This document shows positions 1 to 12,660 of a DNA stretch of 64,000 nucleotides, piece after piece (position 1 is the first letter of the stretch; each line of letters begins with the position of its first letter). The position numbers were made by a program, and so were the translations under genes. Below the pieces are notes generated by a model that saw only the letters and a program-made list of their open reading frames with translations, had not been told where the DNA came from and did no database searches. The DNA is from Octopus sinensis (lineage: Eukaryota), in the NCBI RefSeq assembly GCF_006345805.1, contig NC_043007.1, positions 21,390,001-21,454,000 on the forward strand. The letters run 5' to 3'.

Positions 1-129
1 ATGTTAAGTGTTTGATATTTCCTGTTTATTAATGTTTCAAGTGTTATTCTTTGTTAATTGTGTATATGTGTGTATGTGTGTATATTTTATACATACATGT
101 ATCAATTAATATATAAAAATATATGTATA

Positions 130-1014
130 TGTATCCATGAGTGTGTGTATGTGCGTATGTGTATGTGTGTGTGTGTGTGTGTGTGTGTATGAGTACATGT
201 GTGTACATATATATACAAACACACTCACAAACTCTCGCACACACACTATCGCATGCACAAACTTTCATGCATACACACACATGCGCAGGCTCACACTCTC
301 ACACAGACACTCTCACACACACATACTCGAACGCACACACTCTCACACACTCTCTCTAACACACAAACTCTATCTCTCACACACACAAATGCACAAACAT
401 ACACACACTCACACACGCACACACATTCACACACACACACACACTCACATACACACACACTCTCAAACAAGACACACACACTCACACACACACACTCTCT
501 CATGCACACAAACACTATCTCACACACATACACACACATACACACACACCTACACACACACACACTTACATGCATACACACACACACACTCTGTCTCACA
601 CATGCACAAACTTTATCACACACACAAACACACACTCTCTCTCTCACACACACTCTCACGCATACACAAACTCTATCTCACACACACAGAAACACAAACA
701 TACACACATTCACACACACACACTCTCTCACATACACACACACTCTTACACACACACTCTTACACACACACTTTCACATACACACACACACACACACCTT
801 CACACATTTTTTCACACACACTCTCTCTCTCACACATACAATCTCACACACACACGTACTCACTCTCTCACACACACTCTCACACATGCACAAATTTATC
901 TCTCACACACCACACACACTTTCACACACATACACTCTCTCTCACACATGCACAAACTCTATCACACACACACATACACACACACACTTTCACACACACA
1001 CTTTCACACACTTT

Positions 1015-1051
<37 letters not shown>

Positions 1052-2420
1052 TCACACATTTTTACACACACACACTCTCTTTCACACATACTCTCACTCA
1101 CACACTTTCATACACACACACACACACACACACGCACTCACTCTCTCACACATACACAAATTTATCTCTCACACACACACTCTCACACATGCACAAATTC
1201 TATCACACACACACACACACACACGTAGTAGGTTTGACATTGTAGGCTGGTGACATGCTTTTCCTACAAATGTCACACACAGCTTGACAAAGTAATTAGA
1301 GCCAACAACAGTTGTAAAAAATCTCTTACTATAAACCAAAGCAAAGGGATGTGTGGCATGGCCATGTTGTCTGCCTCTCTCCATCTCCAAACCACACAAA
1401 TGGTCAAATGGCTAGCACACACTTTCTACAAGGACATATTTTCTACCCTCTTTCTCTCATTTCCTCCACTTCTCTTTTTCCTTTTGTCTTTCTCTCTCTC
1501 TTCCTGTGTGTGTGTGTGTGTGTGTGTCTCTCTCTCTCTCTTACGCCCATTCACACACATACTTATATAAATGTATACATTCACACACATACTTATATAA
1601 ATGTATACGTATAAACACTCAGACACATGGATGCAAACACACACATCCATATGCATGCATGCACACGCTCACACACACACATACACATACACACACACAC
1701 TCACTCCAACTCACACATATGAATATATAAGCCACACACACACACCCACATACACACACACCCACATACACACACACACTCCAACTCACACATGAATATA
1801 CAAGCGACACACACTCACACACACACACACACACACACATTCAAACTCAAGGACATGAATGTACATGTCACACACACACACACATGCAAACATATACACG
1901 CACATACACATATATGCACACATACACATGCAAACATGCATTCTCAAATACGCATATGCACAAACTCACACTCGCACATATCAATGTACATGCCACACAC
2001 ACTCACATACACACACACACACTCATATACACACACATATGTGTGCAAACAAACATATGTAAATACGCATATACACAAACGCGCACACGCACATTCAGTC
2101 TCAAACTCACACATACATACACTCACATACATACACACACAAACACACACAAACATACACATGTACATACACATATATGCAAACACACATACATACACGC
2201 ATATACATACACAAACACAGATACGCATATACACAAACTCACACACACACACATTCAGTGTCAACTCACACATATTGAATGCAAAATGCCACACACACTT
2301 ACACACACACACACACGCATACATGCAAACATACTCATGTACATACACATATATACAAATACACACACGCATACAAACATACATAGACAATTGCACAAAT
2401 ACACACACGCACACACCTTA
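130..2420. repeat. Degenerate (CA)n/(TG)n cryptic microsatellite field
   Basis: Continuous CA/CT/TA dinucleotide mosaic, interrupted only at ~1226-1500; the His/Thr-rich ORFs in all frames arise from it. Confidence 0.95.
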
Positions 2421-2565
2421 TATTTGTGCTACAAATTCTACAAGCCACTAACGAAGCCTCTATGTGGTTGCTTGACCTGCTAGAAATAGCAGCCAAATAT
2501 TCTTCAAACCACACCCTACCATCTTTCAAAATATATAAATACAAGTTGAAATCAAATTTGGTGAC

Positions 2566-3000
2566 TGGCATCCGTTGCTAGTGGAGCGCTAAGAGTACCA
2601 TACGAGTGAGATCGTTGCCAGAGCAACAAGCTGGCCTTCGTGCCGATGGCACATTAAACACACCATTCGAGCGTGATCGTTACCAGCATCGCATTACTAG
2701 CACTTGTACCAGTGGCACGTGAACAAAGCATTCGAGCGAGGTCATCGCCTGTGCCGCTGGACTGGCTCCTGTGTAGGTAGCACATAAAAAGCACCATTTG
2801 GGTGTGGCTGTTGCCAGTACCACCAAACTGGCCCTCGTGCCGGTGGCACATAAAAGCACCCACTACACTCTCGGAGTGGTTGGCATTAAGAAGGGCATCC
2901 AGCTGTAGAAACTCTGCCAGATCAAGATTGGAGTCTGGTTCGCCAAACCTCAGTCAAATCGTCCAACCCATGCTAGCATGGAAAGCGGACGTTAAACGAT
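2566..3000 (+). mobile_element. SINE family B (internal subrepeats, RTE-type 3' end ending ...GGAAAGCGGACGTTAAAC-(GAT)n)
   Basis: The 3' block CACCCACTACACTCTCGGAGTGGTTGGC...CCAACCCATGCTAGCATGGAAAGCGGACGTTAAACGATGATG recurs about 10 times in the window. Confidence 0.8.
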
Positions 3001-3069
3001 GATGATGATGATGATGATGATGACGACGACGACGATGATGATGATGATGATGATGACGACGACGATGAC

Positions 3070-3107
<38 letters not shown>

Positions 3108-3200
3108 CGACGACGACGATGATAATGACGACGACGACGACGACGACGATGATGATGATGATGATGAAGACGACGATGATGATGATGATGATGATGATGA

Positions 3201-3233
<33 letters not shown>

Positions 3234-3387
3234 TGATGATGATGATGATGATGATGATGACGACGACGACGACGACGATGATGATGATGATGATGATGAT
3301 GATGACGACGACGACGATGATAATGACGACGACGACGACGACGACGATGATGATGATGATGACGATGACGACGACGACGACGACGAC

Positions 3388-3419
<32 letters not shown>

Positions 3420-3466
3420 CGACGACGACGATGACGACGACGACGATGACGACGACGACGATGACG
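2998..3466 (+). repeat. Expanded (GAT/GAC)n trinucleotide tail of SINE B
   Basis: ~470 bp of GAT and GAC triplets directly after the SINE B 3' end. Confidence 0.95.
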
Positions 3467-3790
3467 ACAAATACACTGGACAATGTAGTTCCCAATATAT
3501 AAAAAGACAAGGGGTGGTCATTACTGGATTGCTTTGGATCATAGGCTTGCTAAATCAGGTCTGATCTATTACTAAACTTCGACCACAGCCTTAAATTTTT
3601 AAAACGTTGTTAAAATATGGAAATATTTCTTTGACCAAGGCACCACACCAATTACCTGTACAGGTGAGATATGTATAATTGATTGGGTCAAGCTCGACCG
3701 CTTCAGATTTCCGTGTGCAACAGATGGACCTCCGTGTTCTATCATTGTACTCTGCTAATTACCGTTACTCTGTTGTGTTATTACACAATT
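3467..3790. repeat. Unclassified dispersed repeat 'X' (second copy inverted at 10617-10873)
   Basis: 3467-3721 is the near-exact reverse complement of 10617-10873. Confidence 0.8.
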
Positions 3791-4179
3791 AGGAAATGCT
3801 AATTATATATGCTTTGGTACTAAATTATTGTGGACACTTAACGAGAATATCTATCTGTCTGTTTACCACCCTGTGTGCCTATTTGACTTTCAGTCTAACT
3901 ATTTATTTATCAGTCTGTCAGTCTGTCTGTCTGTTTCCCTCCCCCCACCACCTCTTTCTCTTTCTCTACCTACCTACGTACGTATCTATTTATTTATCAG
4001 TTAGTCTGTTGATCTGTCTGTCTGTCTCTCTCTTTCTTTGTCCATCTGCCTACCTACCTACCTACATATTTACGCTCTTATCAGTGATTCTCTCTCCAAT
4101 GCCCAGTCTCTTTTACAATCTCTTGAACAAGCCTCAAATTGTGTAGGTCTTTACCTCAATGAGGCAAAACTGAATACAT

Positions 4180-4822
4180 AAACAAGTGCCTGTCCAACAG
4201 TGATTGCATCATCCATACCCTCAACAATGCGCCCTTAAATATGGTTTCTGATTATAAATATCTTGGGTCATACATATCATCACCTGGAAAAGACTTTCTA
4301 ACTAGAAAGGGTATGGCCTAGTCAGCCTGTAATGACATGCATAAGATCTGGTCATCAAATCTAAGTAGAGACTTCAAACTTGAAATCTTCAAAGCCACAG
4401 TCGAACCAATTCTACTATATGGCTCAGAAACCTGGACGTTATCAAAGAAGCTTGAGAGGCGGTTGGATGGAACCTACACTCGCCTCCTTATGAGAGCTCA
4501 AAATCTCTCATGGAAGCGCCATCCAACCAAAATGCAAATATATGGGAAACTACCACCTGTGTCATCTCTTGTGAAAGGTAAGAGAGTCCAGTTTGCTGGA
4601 CATTGTTGTAGAGCTGAAAAAGAGGTATTTTCTACTCTTCTCCTCTGGAAGCCATCTACTCGCAATACCAGAGGGCGCACACTCTCCTATCCTGATGTAA
4701 TCTCCAGAGATACAGGCATCCAGCAATAGGACCTCCGTAATGCCATGATGGACCGTGAAGTCTGGCGTAGCATGGTAAATTCCATTGTCTCGACCATGGT
4801 CGAACAATGATGATGATGATGA
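4180..4822 (+). mobile_element. RTE-clade LINE, 5'-truncated 3' fragment
   Basis: ORF 4337-4729 contains PILLYGSETWTL and RVQFAGHCCR, typical of the RTE post-RT C-terminus. It has in-frame stops and a (TGA)n tail at ~4807-4822. Confidence 0.85.
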
Positions 4823-4826
4823 TCTA

Positions 4827-4894
<68 letters not shown>

Positions 4895-5214
4895 AACCCT
4901 TAACGTAGATCTCAGGGAGATTCAGTATGACACAGAATGGTACAAAGCTGGCCCCGTGTAATATAGGTACAACTCATTTTTACCAGCTGAGTGAACTGGA
5001 GCAGAGTGTCTTGCCCCACCTGGAATCAAACTTACATGTCTTTGCTATTATTACTAGATAATAAAACAATAACAAAATAAATACCTGTCAGTTATTTGTG
5101 CTAACATTCTGTCGTGTATTGAACCCCTAATGAATATATAACAAAAGCTGAAGGTGCATGGCCTAGGGGTTAGGGTGTTGATCTCGTGATCATGGTTTCA
5201 ATTCCTAGACTGGG

Positions 5215-5540
5215 TAGCATAATGCAAACGTGTAGCATTTTTGTGCATTTTGTTTGCAGAAAATAAAGAAATAACAGTAATAACGTTTAATAAATGTTGC
5301 TTACTGCAAGTTGTGGATGATTCTTTTATGACTTCATTGCTTTCAGGCTTAGCTTAAGGTATTTTCGCGCCCGACATCACAAAATGTGTCTGAATAAAAA
5401 CATTGCTGGACAGCAAGTACAGACTCGGACATTGCTTAGAAAATATTTTTCATTTTTAACCTTGTATATAGTATGCACTAGGGATTTTGACCTTTAAATT
5501 TTGGGAAAAAAATGCAGATTATACTCGAGGATTTACGGTA
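5215..5540. mobile_element. TA-targeting DNA transposon end (Tc1/mariner/pogo-like MITE), one terminus only
   Basis: Ends ...ATTATACTCGAGGATTTACGGTA, the reverse complement of a TACCGTAAATCCTCGAGTATA-type TIR; the partner TIR is not seen. Confidence 0.45.
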
Positions 5541-6294
5541 CTTGAAGAGACAACTCTGAATGTGTTTTGGCTTTGTCAGACCTCCTGCAAAGAAACATAA
5601 ATTTCACATGCTTGTTATTTATTTAATTGTATTCTCTAAAAGACAAAGATGATCTGACCTTGGTTTAGGAAGTAGGGTACAGAATGTTCAATATCCAAAG
5701 GTCTTGGTTAGATTCAGCCTTTAGATGTGACCAACAATCCAAGAATCTAGTATTTAAATTCCATCAGCAAGGTCTTGTCCTTGGTGTGGTGGCTTGCATG
5801 CCTTAATCTGCCTGATAGCTACACCAGCAGAGTGCAAATTCCTAGAAGGGTCTCCCATGCCAGACAGGTCAAAGAATAGGAGCTGAACTAATATGGACCA
5901 CCTAGGTTTATGTAGGGCCAAAACAAAGCAAATTTCCAGAACAATCTTTGATAATTCAGAACTTACAAAACCTCGGAGTGGAAGGCGTCCCTTCTTGGAA
6001 AGATAACCCACAAGGGAAGTGTAAGAGAGGACACTTCAAAAATAGGTGGAGATGAGATACTGAGGTAGGGCTGAAAAGCTGGGATCCAGCTGGAGAGAAG
6101 CAGTAAAGACAGTCCAGAGTTGGGACCAGTAGGGGAAAGCTAGGTGCTACAGTGGTAGTAGAAGGTAGTAGAAGACACTTGCCCAAGGTGTCGCAGAGTA
6201 GGACTGAACTCAAGATCCCATGGCTGGGAAGCAAACTTCTTAACAACTCATTTACATCTGTCCCTTAAATAAAAATGAAAATTTATACACAAAT

Positions 6295-6630
6295 CATCAT
6301 CATCATCACCATCATCATCATCGTTTAATGTCTGTTTTCCACACTAGCACGGGTTGGACGGTTCGACCGGGGTCTGGGAAGCCAGGAGGCTGCACCAGGC
6401 TCCAGTCTGATCTGGCAGAGTTTCTACAGCTGGATGCCCTTCCTAACGCCAACCACTCCGCGAGTGTAGTGGGTGCTTTTTATGTGCCACCTGCACAGGT
6501 GCCAGGGGGGTCCGGCATCGGCCATGATCGGTTGGAGCTTTTAACGTGCCACCAGCACGGAAGCCAGCCAAGGCGGTGCTGGCAATGGCCACGTTCGGAT
6601 GGTGCTTTTTATGTGCCACCAGCACAGGAA
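6295..6630 (-). mobile_element. SINE family B copy
   Basis: (CAT)n followed by the reverse complement of the family B 3' block. Confidence 0.8.
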
Positions 6631-7039
6631 AATTTACATAAAATTTAACGCCCAAATTACTTATTGTTTCTGGAAGGCAAGTTTTCAATATTCACCAATT
6701 AGTATTCTGTACTGTTATACAAAACAGACTGGTTCAGACATTTACTATATTCAAAACACTCATAAATCATAAATCATAAATCATGTTTTTCCATATCAGA
6801 CTTTTGGTATATTGATTTTTTTTTTTCTTTTAAATTGGCACAGTTCTGAAAGTTTTGAGAGAATGCTAATCGCTTGAATCAGCACCAGTTTACCATAAGT
6901 GTTCATTCTATCAACCTTAAAAAGATGAAAGGGGGAAAAAATTAATCCCTGGCATTCTTAACTAAAGAATCGAAGGGATAAATCTTAATATTGCAAAATA
7001 TTTCTCTTCTTTGATCTCCTTTGAGCTTTCATTTCGTTT

Positions 7040-7260
7040 GTCTTAGTCAATGAATTGTGGCCATGCTGGGGCACCGCCGTGAAGGGTTTAGTCAAACAAA
7101 TTGATCCTAGTGTTTGTTGTTTTGAGTATGCTACTTATTTCGTTGATCTCGTTTGCTGAACTGCTAAGTTACAGGGGTGTGAACAAACCATCATCGGTTG
7201 ACAAGTAGTGTGTGTGGGAGGGGGACACAAACACAAAGATGTACACACACATACATATAT
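7040..7260 (-). mobile_element. SINE family A, diverged 3' half
   Basis: Matches the family A 3' half (TGTGGCCATGCTGGGGCACCGCC...CTGCTAAGTTACAGGGG...CATCGGTTGACAAG). Confidence 0.6.
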
Positions 7261-7774
7261 GCACACACATGTTCCTAAAAACACGCAGACACACACACAC
7301 ACACACAAGCTACAACCATGCCACCCACAAACATACATTTGTACAAAAATACACTTACATCTGTATCTATACCCTCATATACATAAGCCCACACAGGTGC
7401 ATCCATACATAAAGTTACACAGTCTTACCATGCCTTTACCTTCTCATAGTGAGGACACATGGCTCAGTGGTTAGAGCGTAGGACTCACAATCATGAGGTA
7501 GTGAGTTCGATTCCCAGACCAAGCTGTGTGTTTTGTTGCTCCAGTTCACTCAGTTGTAGAAATCAGTTGTGACATCACTGGTGCCAAACTGTATTGACTT
7601 TTGCCTTTTTCTCGAGTGGTGGTGGTGGTCGGGGGTGGTGGTGACGATGATGATGATGATGATGATGATGTGGTGGTGGTGGTGGTGGTGGTGGTGGTGG
7701 TTTTGGTGGTGATGATGATGATGGTGGTGGTGGTAGTGATGATGATGATGATGACTCAATAAATGAAATCCTCT

Positions 7775-7920
7775 TCAGCTGACTTGGCTTCAAGAAAAAA
7801 AAATTTGTGCAAGACGAATCCCAAAATCTCTCCCTGAATTGCTGGAGCAAAACTACTTTGAAACAGCATCACCAACTTTTGGATCGTTATGGTAATGAAG
7901 GTAACACTCTCTTAAAAAAA
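7775..7920 (+). pseudogene. Highly decayed mariner transposase fragment
   Basis: Across frameshifts it reads LGFKK-ICARRIPKSL...HHQLLDRYGNEGNTLL, resembling the mariner segment just before the first catalytic Asp (W[V/I]P[K/R]xL motif). Confidence 0.5.
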
Positions 7921-8271
7921 TAATTAGCCCTGGTAATAATATTTATTTATAAGTTTGTTGTGAATAATTAACGACTTGCCCTTGTGTATAACGACTTTTA
8001 TTATTCTTTACTCGGATTCATTTGCATTTTTCTTTCTCTCTCAATTCATCGAGTTTTTTTGTTTAATTATCAATAGGTTATTATAATTAGAACAAAGCTT
8101 TAACGAAGTTCAATGAAGCAGCTCAATATCTTGATATTCTGCTTTCTGCTGCACCTAGCATTGTGCTGTGGGAGTGTTTGTTTGTGGCTGATGTGGTTTT
8201 TCAGTGGAGGCTCATTGCCAGAAGCGACATGGATTCTACCAATTTTTAACATCTTGGGATATGATTCTATT

Positions 8272-8310
<39 letters not shown>

Positions 8311-8575
8311 TATAATAATAATAATAATAATAATAATTATAATAACGATACATTGAAGAAGGCCAGGGAACAAAAGAAAGAAGAAGAAAGAAGACATGCA
8401 CCCAACCCCAGAGCTGAAGACACCTCCGAAAGGGGGGGGGGCCCTGCCACGTCAAAACGGTAGAGGAGTAGGGGCCGAAACCGGACGTGGTTCCTCCTGA
8501 TGATGTCTTGAGCTAACTGGATCCTATAAAGGAACTGTTGTGGTAGCAGACCACGAAACACGGTTGTAATTCCTC

Positions 8576-8622
<47 letters not shown>

Positions 8623-8848
8623 GATACATCGAAGAAGGCCAGGGAACAGAAGAAAGAAGAAGAAAGAAGACATGCACCCAACCCCAGAGCTGAAGACACC
8701 CCCGAAAGGGGGGGGCCCTGCCACGTCAAAACGGTAGAGGAGTACGGGCCGAAACGGACGTGGTTCCTCCTGATGATGTCTTGAGCTAACTGGATCCTAT
8801 AAAGGAACTGTTGTGGTAGCAGACCACGAAACACGGTTGTAATTCCTC

Positions 8849-8892
<44 letters not shown>

Positions 8893-9119
8893 GATACATC
8901 GAAGAAGGCCAGGGAACAAAAGAAAGAAGAAGAAAGAAGACATGCACCCAACCCCAGAGCTGAAGACACCTCCGAAAGGGGGGGCCCCCGCCATGTCAAA
9001 ACGGTAGAGGAGTAGGGGCCGAAACCGGACGTGGTTCCTCCTGATGATGTCTTGAGCTAACTGGATCCTATAAAGGAACTGTTGTGGTAGCAGACCACGA
9101 AACACGGTTGTAATTCCTC

Positions 9120-9167
<48 letters not shown>
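8272..9167 (+). repeat. Tandem trimer of a ~230-bp unit separated by (AAT)n, carrying hammerhead-like motifs
   Basis: Three near-identical bodies (~8345-8574, 8621-8847, 8891-9119), each with CTGAAGA, GCCGAAAC, CTGATGA and CACGAAAC. Confidence 0.9.
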
Positions 9168-9171
<4 letters not shown>

Positions 9172-10395
9172 AATTATTGTATGCAGTACTCAGGTGCACC
9201 ACAACTTGTCAAAAGTGCGTATAAAGCATATGCAGTAATGTACAAATGTCTGGAAAGCGAACAGTGTATGAGTCAGATACATGCTTGCATGTGTATGGAG
9301 GGGAGAAAATCAGGTGTAGTGTTGGCGAATCTCAGGAAGCATGGAAGTTTTGAAGGATGCAATGCTCCGACTTTTGAAGGATGTATGTATGTATGTATGT
9401 ATGTATAATAATGATAATAAGAATGAAATTATTGTATACAGTACTCAGGTGCACCACAACTTGTTAAAAGTGTGTATAAAGCATATGCTGTAATGTAGAA
9501 ATGTCTGGAAAGCGAACAGTGTATGAGTCAGATAGATGCTTGCGTGTGTATGGAGGGGAGAAAATCAGGTGTAGTGTTGGCGAATCTCAGGAAGCATGGA
9601 AGTTTTGAAGGATGCAGTGCTCCAACTTTTGATGGATGTATGTATGTATAATAATAATAATAATGAAATTATTGTATACAGTGCTCAGGTGCACCACAAC
9701 TTGTCAAAAGTGCATATAAAGCATATGCAGTAATGTACAAATGTCTGGGAAGCGAACAGTGTATGAGTCAGATACATGCTTGCGTGTGTATGGAGGGGAG
9801 AAAATCAGGTGTAGTGTTGGTGAATCTCAGGAAGCATGGAAGTTTTGAAGGATGCAGTGCTCCGACTTTTGATGGATGTATGTATGTATAATAATAATAA
9901 TAATGAAATTATTGTATACAGTGCTCAGGTGCACCACAACTTGTCAAAAGTGCATATAAAGCATATGCAGTAATGTACAAATGTCTGGGAAGTGAACAGC
10001 GTATGAGTCAGATACATGCTTGTGTGTGTATGGAGGGGAGAAAATCAGGTGTAGTGTTGGTGAATCTCAGGAAGCATGGAAGTTTTGAAGGATGCAGTGC
10101 TCCGACTTTTGATGGATGTATGTATGTATAATAATAATAATAATGAAATTATTGTATACAGTGCTCAGGTGCACCACAACTTGTCAAAAGTGCATATAAA
10201 GCATATGCAGTAATGTACAAATGTCTGGGAAGTGAACAGCGTATGAGTCAGATACATGCTTGTGTGTGTATGGAGGGGAGAAAATCAGGTGTAGTGTTGG
10301 TGAATCTCAGGAAGCATGGAAGTTTTGAAAGATGCAGTGCTCCGACAACTAACAACTGATGCCGGCAGTTTGTTCCATGCTTCAGCAACTCTTTA
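9168..10395 (-). mobile_element. CR1/L2-like LINE 3' end, tandemly reiterated five times (~240-bp period)
   Basis: Units start at 9168, 9423, 9663, 9903 and 10143. The minus strand reads RVAEAWNKLPASVVSCRSTASFKTSMLPEIHQHYT*, matching the plus-strand copy at ~29320-29430. Confidence 0.85.
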
Positions 10396-10559
10396 CTGGA
10401 AATAAATCTCTGTCCTTGTAACCGCTGACTTTCAGCTAAGCTGTAAATATACATTGAAGTAGTGGTTAGCAGTAACCCATTAACTGTAGGCTTCTTCCAC
10501 CTTTTTTTCTTTCTGTCATCTCTGAATGGTTTGCAAAGATCATATGCGCTGCCCTTCTT

Positions 10560-11165
10560 TCTTTCATCATCATCATTATCATCATCGTTTAATGTCCGCT
10601 TTCCATGCTAGCATGGGTTGCACACGGAAATCTGAAGCGGTCGAGCTTGACCCAATCAATTATACATATCTCACCTGTACAGGTAATTGGTGTGGTGCCT
10701 TGGTCAAAGAAATATTTCCATATTTTAAAAAAGGGTTTAAAAATTTAAAACTGTGGTCGAAGTTTAGTAATAGATGAGACCTGATTTAGCAAACCTATGA
10801 TCCAAAGCAATCCAGTCATGACCACCCCTTGTCTTTTTATATATTGGGAACTACATTGTCCAGTGTATTTGTCATTATCATCATCATCATCATCATCATC
10901 ATTTAACGTCCGCTTTCCATGCTAGCATGGGTTGGACGATTTGACTGAGGACTGGCGAACCAGACTCCAATCTTGATCTGGCAGAGTTTCTACAGCTGGA
11001 TGCCCTTCCTAACGCCAACCACTCCGAGAGTGTAGTGGATGCTTTTACATGCCACCAACACGCGGGCCAGTTTGGTGGTACTGGCAACGGCCACACTCAA
11101 ATGGTGCTTTTTATGTGCCACCTGCACAGGAGCCAGTCCAGCGGCACTGGCAACAACCTCACTTT
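10560..11165 (-). mobile_element. Composite: SINE B + (GAT)n + repeat X + short SINE B 3' end
   Basis: SINE B at 10875-11165, X at 10617-10873, and a second 35-nt SINE B 3' end plus tail at 10562-10620. Confidence 0.75.
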
Positions 11166-11440
11166 TATGATGATGATCATCATCATCGTGATCATGAACT
11201 ACGTTGTAAATAATTCGAGACCTTGCTCATGTAACAATTGTGTTTTGTATTGCCTGAGAAGAATATTTTAGCCTCCATTTCTGTATGAAAAAAACAACAA
11301 AAAAAAAACAAAAACAAGTTTGACCAGAACTTAAAGAAAAGCAACAACAACAACAACAACAACAACAGCAACATGAAACAATAACCTGAAGAGTTGTTTG
11401 TCTCAAAATATTGATGTTTGCTCAAATGCTAATATCTCAC

Positions 11441-11529
11441 TTGAACACGAATGCTTGGAAACGTATCAGGAAATAAGCGGGAGTTGAATGAGGAAGAGTA
11501 AGCCATATTGAAACCTTTTTATTAGACAT
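11441..11529 (-). CDS. Candidate exon of an unidentified gene (MSNKKVSIWLTLPHSTPAYFLIRFQAFVF)
   Basis: Acceptor tcttttttacactttccaAG and donor caa|GTGAGA, with one open frame; no recognisable homology. Confidence 0.2.
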
Positions 11530-11869
11530 CTTGGAAAGTGTAAAAAAGATATTTATAAAGTTGAGGGAAAAAAACGAGGATGGGGTGGGTGTCAGAGGCT
11601 GTTTTTGTTTGGAGGGGTTATGGGGTTATATGAATTAAAATGCAATAAAGGAGAAACATACAGTAAAAGTCTAAAAGATGCGTGAATATTAGATATTAGA
11701 ATTACATTGGATTATGGCGATGAAGACTATCCCATTTATTTGAAAACTTAACTTGGAGTGTGTTTGCCATTATTAAATTCAACTGGAAAATCGGAAATAG
11801 GAAAGAGTTTTGTGTACAAGAAGGAAGAAGGAATGTTAAGTAAAACATAACAAATATATTGTTGAAATA

Positions 11870-12362
11870 TAAGTGGGGGAAGGAGGGATGAGGGATGAGG
11901 GGGAGGGGAGGAGGAGAGAGGGACCAGGAGAAGGAGGGCAGATGGAGGGAAAGGTGGAGGTTGGGACGTGGAGGTGGACAGTTGGAGGAAAAGGAGGAGG
12001 AGGACAGATGGAGGAATAGGAGGAGGTAGGGATGAGGAGGACAGATGGAAGAAAAGGAGGAGGAGGTAGGGATGAGGCGGAGGACAGATGGAAGAAAAAG
12101 AGGAGGACAGATGGAGGAATAGGTGGAGGACAGATGGAAGAAAAGGAGGAGGGTGGGGATGAGGAGGAGGATAGAGGGATGAGGTGGAGGAGGATAGAGG
12201 GATGAAGAGGAGTAAGGAGGGAGGAGGAGAAGGAAGAGCAGGAAGGGATGAGGAGGAAAAGGCAGAGCAGGAAGGGATGAGGAGGAGAAGGAAGAGGAGC
12301 GAGGGACGAGGAGGAGGAGGAGGAGGGGGAAGGATGGAGGGGAGGAGGAGGCGGCGGCAGCG
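11870..12362 (+). repeat. Polypurine (GGA/GA-rich) tract with GGAGGACAGATGGAAGAAAAGG subrepeats
   Basis: Nearly pyrimidine-free on the plus strand over ~490 bp. Confidence 0.9.
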
Positions 12363-12469
12363 ATGGTGGCTTTGTTTATAGTTTAAAACACAATTACTAA
12401 GTTTTTGTGCAAAGGAAGGTTTCGGACAGAGTTGAGCCAGTTTCTACTTTTAGACTAAATTTACTCTTT

Positions 12470-12603
12470 ACCTTACGAACCACATGGTTCCGAGTTCAGT
12501 CCTACTGCATGGCACCTTGGGCAAGTGTCTTCTACTATAGCCTCAGGCCGACCAAAGCCTTGTGAGTGGATTTGGTAGACGGAAACTGAAAGAAGCCCAT
12601 CAC

Positions 12604-12660
<57 letters not shown>

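Noticed and set aside
137-2483. Long His/Thr-rich ORFs (up to 363 aa)
   Set aside because: Open in several frames and on both strands because (CA)n lacks stops; no splice or codon signal.
8113-8265. Possible mariner C-terminal remnant or exon
   Set aside because: Only a faint QHNAR similarity, and no usable splice donor.
8337-9105. Repeated minus-strand ORFs MFRGLLPQQF...
   Set aside because: They start at GTG, run into (ATT)n, show no domain, and are a by-product of the tandem repeat.
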